A stretch of DNA of 64,000 nt from Phoronis australis (taxonomy: Eukaryota > Animalia > Phoronida): contig NMRA01000559.1 of NCBI GenBank assembly GCA_002633005.1, positions 62,001-126,000 of the forward strand, read 5' to 3'. The position numbers and the translations under genes are program-made. Under the pieces are notes generated by a model that ran no database searches, was not told the origin of the DNA, and saw only the letters and a program-made list of their open reading frames with translations. Shown here piece after piece: positions 1 to 12,167 of the stretch; within the stretch, counting starts at the first letter, position 1, and every line of letters begins with the position of its first letter.

Positions 1-349
1 TGAGGTCGCAAAACTTTGTTGGCAAGAGCAGAAAATTATACAAACGAGTTACCTGAAGTGAACAAAAGGTAAACTCAGCAAATGTAAGCCAGTTCACACT
101 AAGATTTTAAGGAGAGCGGTTTTTTTCTTGTTCAAGCAGACAATCAGCGTGCTCGATGATGACCAATACCTCCCTTTCAGACTCAATATTTCGTGCACAG
201 GCTCACCTACACGCAAACACGGGCTCTGTCAGTTTTTGCCAAACAAGTCCAATGAATGGGTGCTGAGATTGGTGAGGCAACCAGGGATTTTTACTAGGCT
301 GCCACACAATAAGACGACGGGGATAAAACGAAACAACAGCACAACTCAC

Positions 350-2507
350 TTCCTCTCCAGCTTCCTCAGCTTCTTTCCGTCTCTTCTTTTCCTTTAATTT
401 CACCTGAAACAAGAAAATATACTTGCCCAGCTTATTTTGTACAATATTCTTATTGATGTCATCTAGATGACATATTTCACTCAATGTGTGATAAATTTGT
501 ACGAGTTATCCAAAATATACATTTTTATCTCCAACGTTAATGTTTTCCACAAAATCAGAATGTGCGCTAATTTTTGCCACAGAATGTTCCCAAACATAAC
601 CGCATGAATCTGACGTTATCGCAAGATGACAATTACCGTAATCGTTCGGGTTAACGCCCTGGGCGGTTAAATTGGCGAACCCAAAAAATCGGGGGTGGGC
701 GGTTAACCAGACATGGCAGGGCTCGACGCTATTAANCAATGTTATCATCGATCTTAATCTAAAAGATCGGGGATTGGCGTTTCCTATTAGCACAGGGCGG
801 TAATCTCCAATCGTCAAAAGTAGGGGATGGGCGCTTAACCGAGAGGTGGGCGCTTAATTGGAAATCTTCAAAAATAGCAGGGGGGCGGTTAACCGAGCAG
901 TGGGCGGTTAAATCGAAAATCCACCTAAAGTAGGGGTGGGCGGTTAACTGAGCATGGGCGTTAACCCGAACGATTACGGTATTATAAATCTTTATGAAAT
1001 TTCCCATGCAAAGTATTTTTGCTATTTTCGGTGTTGTTCAACAATGAGTGTTGCTCCAAACCCACATTGCATTACATAAGACCACCTCAGGAAGTCAAAT
1101 GTAGCGAACAACACAAGGTTAAATACTATTTAAAGATTGTACATTGGTTACCAACTTCATCCACAATGATTATCTAATTCATCGCCACTGTTCAATGTTC
1201 ATAACCACTGTTCAATGCGCCTTAGGTATTTTCGTAAACTCAAAGTTACGAGTATGCCCCAAGGAGCAGTGGACAATCAGGACATCAGATCGAATTTTCG
1301 TCAACTAGAATTTCATGGCTGGGATTTAGTCTTTGCTCAAAATTGAAAATATCTTTGGGATTTTGTAATCTACATTTTTGCAAACTCAAGACATGTGTCT
1401 ACATTCTCTAGTAAATTATGGCTTACGTAGATGACTGTCTGTATAATCCAGGTTCGCGCTTGATGTACCCACTCTTACATCTGAGTTTGAGTCTGAACTC
1501 GAAATCTCTAGGGTTACTGGTCAGTGAACTACCTTTATATGTATGTGTATTACAGACAGTCCAATGCTAGACACTTAACTTGACACTAAGTCACATTTGG
1601 TGACTTGGGACTTTCACCAGGAGATATGATGTTATACTACCTGGCACAAGCAGTGTTGAAAGTGGCTAGTTGCCGATTTGGGCCACTGAATGAAGGACTG
1701 CTCAAAGAAAAATTTTGATTACCGCGGTAGTATTTGTTTGAGTTGGAAGGAATTAAAGAAATCGACGGCTTCCTAGTCCACAGGCGTCCTCAGCTTCTGA
1801 TCGTCCCCAACACACTATATAATACTACAAGGTTGACACTCCGTACTAGAAATTCTATGGGTGCTTCACTTCAGCCGTCTATAGCAAGCACAAAACTCAA
1901 TAAATTTACACAAAACAGAGGTTCAACAAACCATGAGGAATTGTTCTTTCTCCCTGTTTTGTGTAAATTTATCAAGTTTGTGTTTGTGAAGCACCCGTAG
2001 AATTTCTAGTCCGGAGTGTCATACTTTGTAGTATTATATATAGTGTGTTGGGGACGATCAGAAGTGAGGACACCTGTAGCTGTGTCCTGGTCAAGGTGTT
2101 ACTTTAAGTGCAAACGGCACTTAGACTTACAACACCGTGACTTTTCTCTTTGATTTTTAAATGAGTGATAGGCATAATTCGCCGAAAAGTTTCCAGCGTA
2201 TGATGCGCCTATAGGAGCTTCACCGTCTCTAGTCCTGTCCATTTTCTACCCTGGTTTCTGACGGGGCGACGCCGACAAATTTTTTACAACACAGACACAC
2301 AGTTACACTAATAACAGTTCAGTTTAACTTCAAGACTTAGTTAAGTTGCACTGGCGTTAAACGCGTTACCTTTTTCTTCTCACGTTTCATCGACCTGTAC
2401 ATTTCAGCTCTCATCTGTTTATTTCTTATTCGAGAAATGTTTGGCTCTGGTATAGTCGAAACACTTTCTTTCACGTCGCCCATGTCGTCTTCGATGGTAG
2501 TCGCCAT
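350..2507 (-). CDS. RPF1: Ribosome production factor 1 (Brix family), 5' partial: exon 1 2507-2370, exon 2 403-350; gene continues beyond the left edge
   Basis: ATG at 2507 in AAAATGGCG context. Exon 1 is 138 nt (MATTIEDDMGDVKESVSTIPEPNISRIRNKQMRAEMYRSMKREKKK, donor GTAACG). Exon 2 is 54 nt (VKLKEKKRRKEAEEAGEE, acceptor TTTCAG, donor GTGAGT). Both junctions are phase 0. The peptide resembles the RPF1 N-terminus as I recall it (ISEIKNKQRR...KKKLKKEREALGDK). The Brix domain itself is outside the window. Confidence 0.75.
634..981. mobile_element. Tc1/mariner(pogo)-type MITE in RPF1 intron 1
   Basis: Perfect 26-nt terminal inverted repeat including the TA target duplication: TACCGTAATCGTTCGGGTTAACGCCC (634-659) and GGGCGTTAACCCGAACGATTACGGTA (956-981). 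Internal reiterated GGGCGGTTAA motifs. Contains an N at 736. Confidence 0.8.
1780..2077. mobile_element. Foldback/palindromic MITE (~300 bp)
   Basis: Arm 1780-1918 is the near reverse complement of arm 1954-2077, e.g. CTTCTGATCGTCCCCAACACACTATATA / TATATAGTGTGTTGGGGACGATCAGAAG and AAATTTACACAAAACAG / CTGTTTTGTGTAAATTT. Confidence 0.8.
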
Positions 2508-2909
2508 TTTAAATACGAAACGACAAACTTAGCATCTGGTTAAAAACAAGGTTTTTGCAAAATAAGTAAATAATATTGTAAGTTTTTATTGAATTTAGAT
2601 TATGAATGTTCATTATGATGATTAAAAAAACTGGAACATGTACAAAATGTTGTAAATGCGACATAATATACTACGATTATATATTTATGAATTCACAACT
2701 GAACATTCAGGGGTTTCCGGTGGCTGCTCATTAGTGACCAGCTGAAGCGTTGGCAGTTTGTTTGATGTTGATCGGGGTCACCTACTTTTGTTGTATCCCG
2801 GGACTAAAGCTGTACATTTCTGCGATTAACTCATGTCTCGACAGTGTATATAACTGGTAGTTTAGTCGGGCATTTTGTGGGTGTTGAATTAGACCAACGT
2901 GAAGTAAGT
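2508..2909. promoter_or_regulatory. Putative bidirectional promoter between RPF1 and the SLC35A3-like gene, with a candidate non-coding first exon ending at 2903
   Basis: RPF1 ATG at 2507 (-). ETS-like TTCCGG near 2715. Strong + strand donor GAA|GTAAGT at 2903/2904. The SLC35A3-like ATG (12168) directly follows an acceptor AG, so an upstream 5'UTR exon is required. Confidence 0.5.
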
Positions 2910-5900
2910 TATTACTTAGACTTGGTTAACCTGGGCTCTCTGTTCTGTTCAGCTGTTACTTCTAACTTAAAGTTAAGACAATGACTATCGTCTCTTGCTC
3001 TCGAGAGTAGAGACGATGAAGCTCCTATAGGGATGTGTACTACTGCACCATTTAAAATGCAGGGGGGGGGTATGAAATTTGTGCTGTGATCCAGGGCAGT
3101 GTTGTCGTTTCCACATTAGCCATCCAAGGCGGGCTGCATGTGTCCTATCCTCTGTCCATATAGCGTTGGTGCAATGCTGTACACTAAATATACAGCTTTG
3201 CACCGATGTTGGTAAAATTGACCATATAAAATCTGACTCAAAATTAGTGTCATTAAAAACTGTATTCTTCTATCAGTAAACTAAATTATTTACTGGTGTT
3301 TGAAAAAGAGGGGCTCTACCATTGTTCTGATGCTTAAGTTGTGGAGTGATCTTATGTTTCAAGTTTCAGTGTCATGAAACGCCCCCTATTGGTCAGTGAC
3401 TGATTCTCCAATGAACTGTTCATCTTCCACAAGGTTGCATACATATCACAACAAGTTATCGGAACTGGTAACATTTCGCTGTAAGGTTTTAGTATTTTTA
3501 GCAAACGGAATTTCCAAACAGATTTTGCATGCTGCTAAGCAGCCATCATCTCCTGAGAGATGTCATAAAGAATTTTAGAAAAGCCGCGACTTTCCTTTGT
3601 TATAAAAGGCAGAGAATTATGCATGAAAATGACATTTATTGTGGTGCATTGCTATCAAACTTTGATGTTAAATTTGGATCATTTTTCAGAAAATTGTGTT
3701 GAAATTCCATTGCTAAAACTGACTGATGCATAGCTACATCGCGATCGTTGATAGAGCAACTTGAACTCTTGAAAAAATACAATTTCAACTAAACATATCA
3801 CCTGAAGTCTTCCTAAAGTAAAATAGAGTCTCTTAAGATTTTTAAGTTCCTGTGGAGTCGGGATTAACAGCAGGTTAAGTCCAAATCTGCGCTAGATCGT
3901 ACCCCCAAAACACGAGAAAAATCTCTGGATGAACACACATGTTGTTGTCCCGTGATGTTTGTTTTGAAGTTCGTCTGCGTGTGTGTGAGTGAGCAAGTGG
4001 GTGCATGTCATCAGAGTTTATTTGCTAGAGTAAGTACAATGTAACAATCTAGGTGTGCATTGTAACTAAAGAAATTAACATAAGCAGCAAAGCAGAATGT
4101 GTTTTATTCAGCACTTGTTGATCTTATCTGCTAACGTTTGAGAATTGTCTCGGTAAGGCAGATGTTGAATGTCATTGAGTCTCCGGGTGACTGGATGTGT
4201 AACAGTTTAACAGTTATTTTCCGGGAGATTCGGGGGGTGTAAGGGTGCGGAAGTGTACACTATCAGTGGTTCTTTTTCACTTTAAAAACACCATTGATGA
4301 TTAATTAAATAAGTCCTCCTAAAAATAATGCCGTTATTTGCAGTATTAGGAACAATTAGAAATTAGTGCCAATATGTATTTCTTGCTGATGCTATGCTAC
4401 CCATTTCATGAATAGACATAGACATAGACAGGTACACGTATGTGGCGCGTGTTTGTGGCCTCGTGCTTTTAGCACCGGTCAAGTTTTTATTAGTCTTCGA
4501 TTCATAGTTTTCACGTGTACAAAGAAATTTGGATTTCTGTTGAGGAAGAAGATCTGTACGGGAAAGATACAATACACTCCCTTTGATAAGTACGTTGCGT
4601 CTGGGACATGTTCCTTGCAAGGTCAGCAAAACTTTTGCATTCTTTTTGAAGCACGGCGGAAGTTTGAAGCGTATAGCCACGGTTAAATACTGATATGGTG
4701 GCAAGGCTCGTGGTCTACAAATTCCACGCACAATGATTTTTTCAGGACTGGTGGATCTTATTGATCAACTGAAGACATTACTGTAGAATTTTAGAACTTT
4801 AGATAAGGCATTTTTCGCATGTACACATTCGTGGACTGGGCGCTTATTTTAGAAAAGTCTGGTAACACGTGGGGAGTGCTTTTAGGGGCATGGGCGCTTA
4901 TTAGGATGAATTTGGTATATGTCGAAAGCCCCTGTTTGATGTTTATTGACTCGGGGAATTCCAGCCAATCTTTGAAGAGTTCTACAAAAGGAAGCACTGT
5001 AATACATCTAAAATTTGAGGAGAGAGGGTTTTCCTAGAAAATGAATATATAACTATGTGCCTCACATTGCTGCCAAATGGGAGAACACGACCTAAAATCA
5101 TGGAATTTAAGGTAGATCTTTTTATTTTTTCAGTTTTAAATTTTTCTTGACTTGGATAATGTCACTTGGCACAAAAAATACTGAAATCGTGCCGTTTAAT
5201 GATCACATCCAGGTAAATGCTCTCCCCTCAATTTTCCGCAAATAAAACCCTTCTGTTGTACTCAATTTAATGTCTGTGCCCTCCCCATGAACTCAGCGGT
5301 AATTGATTTCATTTTGGAAGACATATCTTCTGCTGTACTCTGTTTTTAATGCTTCAACCTGGCAGCGCCACCTACAGAGTTATAACTTACAACACTGAGT
5401 TACAATGATTATAACCTATCGCCGAACCACCATCGCAGAGCGTTATAACCCACACCAGTTACCTTAAAACCTGCTTAGACCGAGAGTTATAACCTTCAAA
5501 TTGGTTTTAAAACCTATAACCACTTTGGTGTGAACAGGGTATTTGTACTGTATATAGGAGGTTTGGATCTATAGTTATAAAACGTTATACAGCACCATTA
5601 AAGCCAGATGTTTTTATATTATTGATTTGTTTACTTATGTTACAAGATCATTTAACTTTGTTCTTGCCGTCTATGGCTTACAAATAATTGTTTCCGGGGA
5701 TTCCTCATTGGAGTACCCTTTCCCCACAGCTGTACACTGCTTCAGTTTTAATCACTATTTTGTATTGCCATTCGTCATTTTGGTTCCAATGAATTTTTCC
5801 CATGTTTCATATAGTGTGAGCAGATATCAACATTTTTGAAAAGCTTTATCATGGAGGAGCGGTGAATTATTCATTTGTGCTAATCGGCTCTGAAGCGTGA

Positions 5901-5957
5901 TAGCTATGCTACCTATCGAAAACTAGAGTTCAGTTTGATTGCCAGATTTGTTGTTTT

Positions 5958-8900
5958 TACTTGGCAAAATAAATTTCGCCAAGTATGTTGCTCTTCCACT
6001 AAGTTTTTTTTTTGTTTGTTTGTTCGCACGATACAGGTCGCAATTTTCATTCGATCATCACGTACTTCCGGAAGTACTGGAAGCCCATTGTTTTTCGTCA
6101 AAATCGGATCCAAGATGGCGGCTGTGGTGGCCATTTTGTTTTCATTTGAAGGTTCAAATGCTTCTGGAGGCTACAATTTTTTACGTAAAAGGCTAAGAAT
6201 CGGCACAGTAAATGGACCAGAAGTTTGCTACAAGTATACCGGAAATTGTTAACTTCCGGTTAAAGATGGCGGAAATATCGGCGGTCGCGCATGCGCACCT
6301 CGATTTTGGCCTAAAAACGTTTTCTCCTGTTGAGGGCGCATTATCAGACCAATTCCTTCGAATTTTTACAGGTATTAGTTTCCTATGATATGCTACTATA
6401 CAAATCCAAAAAACTGTAAGTTGCATTCAAGATGGCAGATCTGGCGCATGTTGACCCATGTTCAGTCGTACTTAGGTGCCATTTAAACGGGAGAAGAAAA
6501 TGACGTGAATTTATGCATGTGGATTTTCTAAGGTACACTCTTTCAAATGAACTTAACAATTTTTTTCTCAGACTTCCCGTTTTCGAGTTATATGACTTTG
6601 AATTTCTTTAAAAAAACGCAAAATTTAATTTTTTTCGAAAAATTTACGGAATTAGGCGATACCATCAGTTTAGATAGAATTTTGAACGGGCTTTCAGAAG
6701 ATGTTTTCCATTTTTNNNNNNNNNNNNNNNNNNNNNNNNNNNNNNNNNNNNNNNNNNNNNNNNNNNNNNNNNNNNNNNNNNNNNNNNNNNNNNNNNNNNN
6801 NNNNNNNNNNNNNNNNNNNNNNNNNNNNNNNNNNNNNNNNNNNNNNNNNNNNNNNNNNNNNNNNNNNNNNNNNNNNNNNNNNNNNNNNNNNNNNNNNNNN
6901 NNNNNNNNNNNNNNNNNNNNNNNNNNNNNNNNNNNNNNNNNNNNNNNNNNNNNNNNNNNNNNNNNNNNNNNNNNNNNNNNNNNNNNNNNNNNNNNNNNNN
7001 NNNNNNNNNNNNNNNNNNNNNNNNNNNNNNNNNNNNNNNNNNNNNNNNNNNNNNNNNNNNNNNNNNNNNNNNNNNNNNNNNNNNNNNNNNNNNNNNNNNN
7101 NNNNNNNNNNNNNNNNNNNNNNNNNNNNNNNNNNNNNNNNNNNNNNNNNNNNNNNNNNNNNNNNNNNNNNNNNNNNNNNNNNNNNNNNNNNNNNNNNNNN
7201 NNNNNNNNNTTGTTTATGGTTTAGTGGTTCCTGTTTTGTAGTCAGTACTCTATTAGTCATATATTCCTAGAACCTATTGACTTCCTGTACATTTCTGTAT
7301 ATATTCTATTATTTGTGAATATCAATACACTTTTAGTTCGACAGCCAACTGGGCACAATCTTTGTTTTACTCACGACTTTTCAACGTTTTCTCCTGTAGA
7401 GGGCGCATTATAAGACCAATTCCTTCGAATTTTTACAGGTATTAGTTTCTTATGACATGCTATTATACAAAGCAAAAAACCGGAAGTTGCTTTCAAGATG
7501 GCGGATCTGGCGCATGTTGACCCTTTTTCAGTTGTGCTGGACTGCGATTTTAAACAGGAAGAGAAAAAGACGTGATTTTTTGCATGTGGATTCTTTGAAG
7601 TATATTCCTTCGAATGGCCTGTAACAATTTTTTTCTCAGACTTACCGTTTTCGAGTTATTGGACTTTGAATTTCTTTAAAAAAAACGCAAAATTTCATTT
7701 TTTTCGAAAAATTTACGGAATTAGGCGATACCATCAGTTTAGATAGAATTTTGAACGGGCTTTCAGAAGATGTTTTCCATTTTTCGCTAGGACGTCTACT
7801 TTTCGATTTATTTGAGATTTTCTGATAACGCTGTTTCTTTGTTGAGCGCTCTTGCTGCATTGATGGTGGTTTATCTTCTATTGAACTAGACTGTTGCCTA
7901 TTTCTTATTGATTTATGTTATCTAAGTTCGTCATATGAATGTTGTGATGTTGTTCATCATCGCCACCACCATCATCATATTCGTCATCATCGTCATCATC
8001 TTCGTCATCATCTCTGTCGTTGTCTTTTCCGTTAATTTCGCCAAGTGTCGCTCAAGACTAGCCTTTTTCTTACTGATTTCGGACTTCTGCGTTCGTCATG
8101 TGTATGTTATTATTACTTCTTTTGTTCATCCTCGCCAACATCGTCGTCATATTCGTCATCTTCGTCATCATCTTTATCGTCATCTTTTTGGTTAATTTCG
8201 CCAAGTTTCGCTCCTCGGAGCGCTTTCATTTTTTTTTTGTTTGTTTGTTCGCACGTTACAGGTTGCAATTTTCGTCCGATCATCACGAAATTTACACATA
8301 ACACGTAGTTCCGGAAGTACTCGAAGCCTATTGTTTTTCGTCAAAGTCGGATCTGAGATGGCGGCTGTGGCGGCCATTTTGTTTTCATTTAAAGGTTCAA
8401 ATGCTTCTGGAGGCTACAATTTTTTACGTAAAAGGCTAAGAATCGGCCCAGTAAATGGATCGGATGTTTGCTGTAAGTATACTGGAAATTGTTTACTTCC
8501 GGTTAAAGATGGCTGAAATATCGGCGATCGCGCATGCGCACCTCGATTTTGGCCTAAAAACGTTTTCTCCTGTTAAGGGCGCATTATAAGACCAATTCCT
8601 TCGAATTTTTACAGGTATTAGTTTCTTATGACATGCTATTATACAAAGCCAAAAAGCGGAAGTTGCTTTCAAGATGGCGGATCTGGTGCATGTTGATGCA
8701 TTTTCAGTCGTACTGGAGTGCGATTTTAAACGGGAAGAGAAAAAGACGTGATTTTTTGCATGTGGATTCTTTGAAGTATAGTCTTTCAAATGGCGTGTAA
8801 CAATTTTGTTCTCAGACTTACCGTTTTCGAGTTATTTGACTTTGAATTTCTTTAAAAAAAACGCAAAATTTCATTTTTTTCAAAAAATTTACGGAATTAG

Positions 8901-9413
8901 GCGATACCATCAGTTTAGATAGAATTTTGAACGGGCTTTCAGAAGATGTTTTCCATTTTTTGCTAGGACGTCTACTTTTCGATTTATTTGAGATTTTCCG
9001 ATAACGCTGTTCCTTGGTTGAGCACTCTGGCTGCATTGATGTTGGTTTATCTTCTATTGAACTAGACTGTTGCCTATTTCTTATTGATTTATGACATCTA
9101 AGTTCGTCATATGAATGTCGTGATGTTGTTCACCATCGACACCACCATCATCATTTTCGTCATCATCGTCATCATCTTCATCATTGTCTCCGTCGTTGTC
9201 TTTTCCGTTAATTTTGCCAAGTGTCGCTCAAGACTGTAGCATTTTTCTTACTGATTTCGGACTTCTACGTTCGTCATGTGTATGTTATTATTACTTCTTT
9301 TGTTCATCCTCGCCACCATCGTCGTCATATTTGTCATCTTCGTCATCATCTTTATCGTCATCTTTTTGGTTAATTTTGCCAAGTTTCGCTCCTCGGAGCG
9401 CTTTTATTTTTTT
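5958..9413 (+). mobile_element. Tandem array (~1178-bp period, at least 3 units, interrupted by the N gap) of a DINE-1/HINE-like non-autonomous Helentron
   Basis: 5' palindrome TACTTGGCAAAAT-AA-ATTTCGCCAAGTA (5958-5985) followed by a TTTG microsatellite. 3' sub-terminal repeat ATTTTGCCAAGT (9373-9384) is the exact reverse complement of 5959-5970. Hairpin CGCTCC-TC-GGAGCG plus T-run at 8209-8222 and 9387-9400. Unit marker AACGTTTTCTCCTG at ~6317, ~7383 and ~8560. Internal (CAT/CGT)n tracts. Confidence 0.75.
6716..7209. other. Assembly gap (494 N)
   Basis: Run of N inside the tandem repeat array. Confidence 0.99.
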
Positions 9414-12167
9414 GTTTGACGTTTCTAATTTGTCAATACTCAATGGCATTCTAAATAATCAGTCTACATTTCTTTGCTTTCACCCATCTCTTTTCATTTA
9501 ATATAACATTTCAAACTCATCATGTGACAATGTCCTTAGTATATGAGAAGTAGTTGAATTAGCTGCTTGCACTCCAGGTGGCTGTTTTGCCTGGGGGGGT
9601 ACACCTATGGAAGAGGTGAACTGGATGTATTATTCAGAAGGGTGATATTTTGATGACCAGTTCCTATACAGAGGTGTGTCTTTTCTGACAAAACTTTCTA
9701 CGAAAACGTCCCTTAATTAAGGGTTCCTTTTCCATCTACACGAATTTAGTGAATGTTTTTAACATATCTAGTTGTAAAACTTTGGTTGCAAAACATGTAT
9801 ACTCGTCTTGACAACATGGCTTCTTTTCTCACACTGTAGATTTCAGGCTTAGTGTGCTGAAAATTCAGTCATCCAAGAATCTTTATAACAGAGTCAGGCT
9901 TACAGGTATTAACCCCTACAAAAGGGCAGTGTTTCATGAACGAAAACCTATAAAATATGGATGTTTTCATGGAAGCTGTCAAAAATGGTTCTCTTTTTAA
10001 AAACCACTCTAGTGGGAATCTTAATGTTCAATCTGTACTATTTCGTCAATTTAGAAGCAAGTAAGCCCCCCCCAGGTGTTAGAGTCTTCAGTATGTCAAT
10101 TGACTTAAATCCCAGATGTTTCTTGAATGGTTTATAGATGTATATATACAGCCAGTGCTGTTTTGGATTCACATCAAGCTGAAAATGTGCAAATTGTGAG
10201 AGACCAGTATGTCATCCAGCAACCATGAAGAATGTTGTTTACAAATTAAACCAGTGCAGTTGCCTCAGAACATTGATGTTGTGGGCCAACAACGTCTCGG
10301 TGTATCCCACATTCGGGAGGTAATGGTTATAAGTGGTCTTTGCAGCTAAATTTGTTATTGCTTTGTTATTCATTTTTGTTGTGTTATGCATTTTGATTAT
10401 TCAAGTTGTAAGTATGACCGGGAAGACAACGCAATATCTCACTCTCCCATTCGGTTTCATGCGCGTTTGCAGATGGGCATGAGATGTCTTGCAACATCTC
10501 TTGTGTCACTTTTTATCACCCATCTTACCAGAGATCATAATTTTATACTATTATATCGGGTTTTCTATCGTATTCCTTGCACTTATTTTGCTAACCTCGG
10601 CCTAATTTTTATCTCTGGTAACGATCGAGCTTTTGTGATGTACGTATTTTTTGTTGGGGAAATATGTCGATCATAAAATGTTTGCATCAAATGTTACAGT
10701 CTTGAATCGGTCATAATTGATGAATTTCCATGCCATATTGAAGTTCACTATCCCGCTAGACAGCGATCAGGTCTTTGGTGGACAGGCGTTCAGCGCCACC
10801 TTCAGATCCTATATAATGCAGACAGGAGGTTTCAGCCTACTGGTATAAACAATGTTTTAACACCTTTCCTGCTATATGCTGGCAAATTTCCACCGCTGTG
10901 GGGTGGAATGTCCTATTGCCTTACAGAAAAAAGGCAAACCTTTTGAATATATCACTGGATGAACAAGGACATCCCGTTTCGTACATTTCCCACTACAAAG
11001 AAAAATCTGCGCCAATGCTAATGGCTGCGACTGATAAAGTGGGTGAATTTCAATCCCAGCCAGTGTCAAAAAGGTAAAATAAATTAGTGACAAACTAATC
11101 AAGCAATGGGAGGAATTGATAGTTGAATTTATTCCTCTGCTTTTAAATTATTGAACCACTATGTAGAAATTGGATTTCTGCCCACCAAATCTGAGTCGGG
11201 ATCAAGCGGAAGTCACTTCACACTCTCATTATTCTACGAAAGCGGCAATGTGAAAAGTCTGCTACTGTATTTACGGTACTGTGAGAAATGAATGCAACTG
11301 ACCTCGGAATATGTCACTTCACCCTTAATTGTGAAGCAATCCAAAGGGACTCCCGGCAGTAATCAGATACTGACATATATGTCTCAATAACAGACAGAAT
11401 TTGTATCAAAGTAACTCCAAAGGGGATTGGCTGTCCCTGTAACACTAAACACTTCTGTTTCATTTGTGGCATGACAAGTTTTTGGAACGTTGATTCTCCT
11501 GGTTATTCTTGAGAAAAGAGGTAAGAAAACCATAGGTGTTCAACAATTGATGAATTGCTTAATTTTTTATTCATATCGCTTACTGCTATAAAATTGTTCT
11601 AATTCAGGTGACAAGTGGTTTGTGGGATTGGAAAAAACGAACAGTCGGGTAGTTCTTTCCAAGCGACGAATTAAATTCCCACGAAATTTTATTCACAATG
11701 TGGGAAACAATTTGAAACAAATTTCGTAACTGAACAGGTGTAAATCTAAAATCAAAAGGATAATAAATCCTGTTTTGATGATTTCCACCAATCCTCGTTC
11801 TGTCACCTGCTAATGCATTATTGGCATCAATCTTCTTAGTTAAAGGCAGGAATCAATTAAAAACTCAAGACTCCCTGTGTCACAGACTTGGCATTATGGT
11901 CCTTGGTGGGTCAGATTTTTTCCCACAGTTGCCGTGTAATTCACTAAAAACATACTGGCTCACGCTTGCCTGTTTAGCAGACTTTGAAAGACATTTTCCT
12001 TCAAACTTTAAGGGTTGTCGAGGGTTACGGAGCATTATTTTGTTCCAGGCAACTGGATGGGAAAGTCGTTTTTAGTATAGGCCAAAACTAGGTTTGGTTT
12101 CCTTTTAATTTTTTAGTAAAGACCGGGTTTATGGTCGCTTTAAAGTAATTCTGTTCCTGTCTTGCAG

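Noticed and set aside
1-52. RPF1 exon 3 after the acceptor-like TTCACTTCAG on the minus strand
   Set aside because: The in-frame translation VTRLYNFLLLPTKFCDL does not resemble the expected RPF1 continuation.
156-266. Plus-strand C/D snoRNA (ATGATGA...CTGA) or RNase MRP-like ACACGGGCTC motif
   Set aside because: Antisense to the host gene, weak terminal stem, no convincing rRNA complement and no upstream MRP CR-I motif.
6547-7270. Long ORFs of 188-225 aa
   Set aside because: They consist almost entirely of X from the N gap.
7935-9501. Hydrophobic, Ser-rich or His-rich ORFs
   Set aside because: Translations of (CAT/CGT)n microsatellites inside the Helentron-like units.
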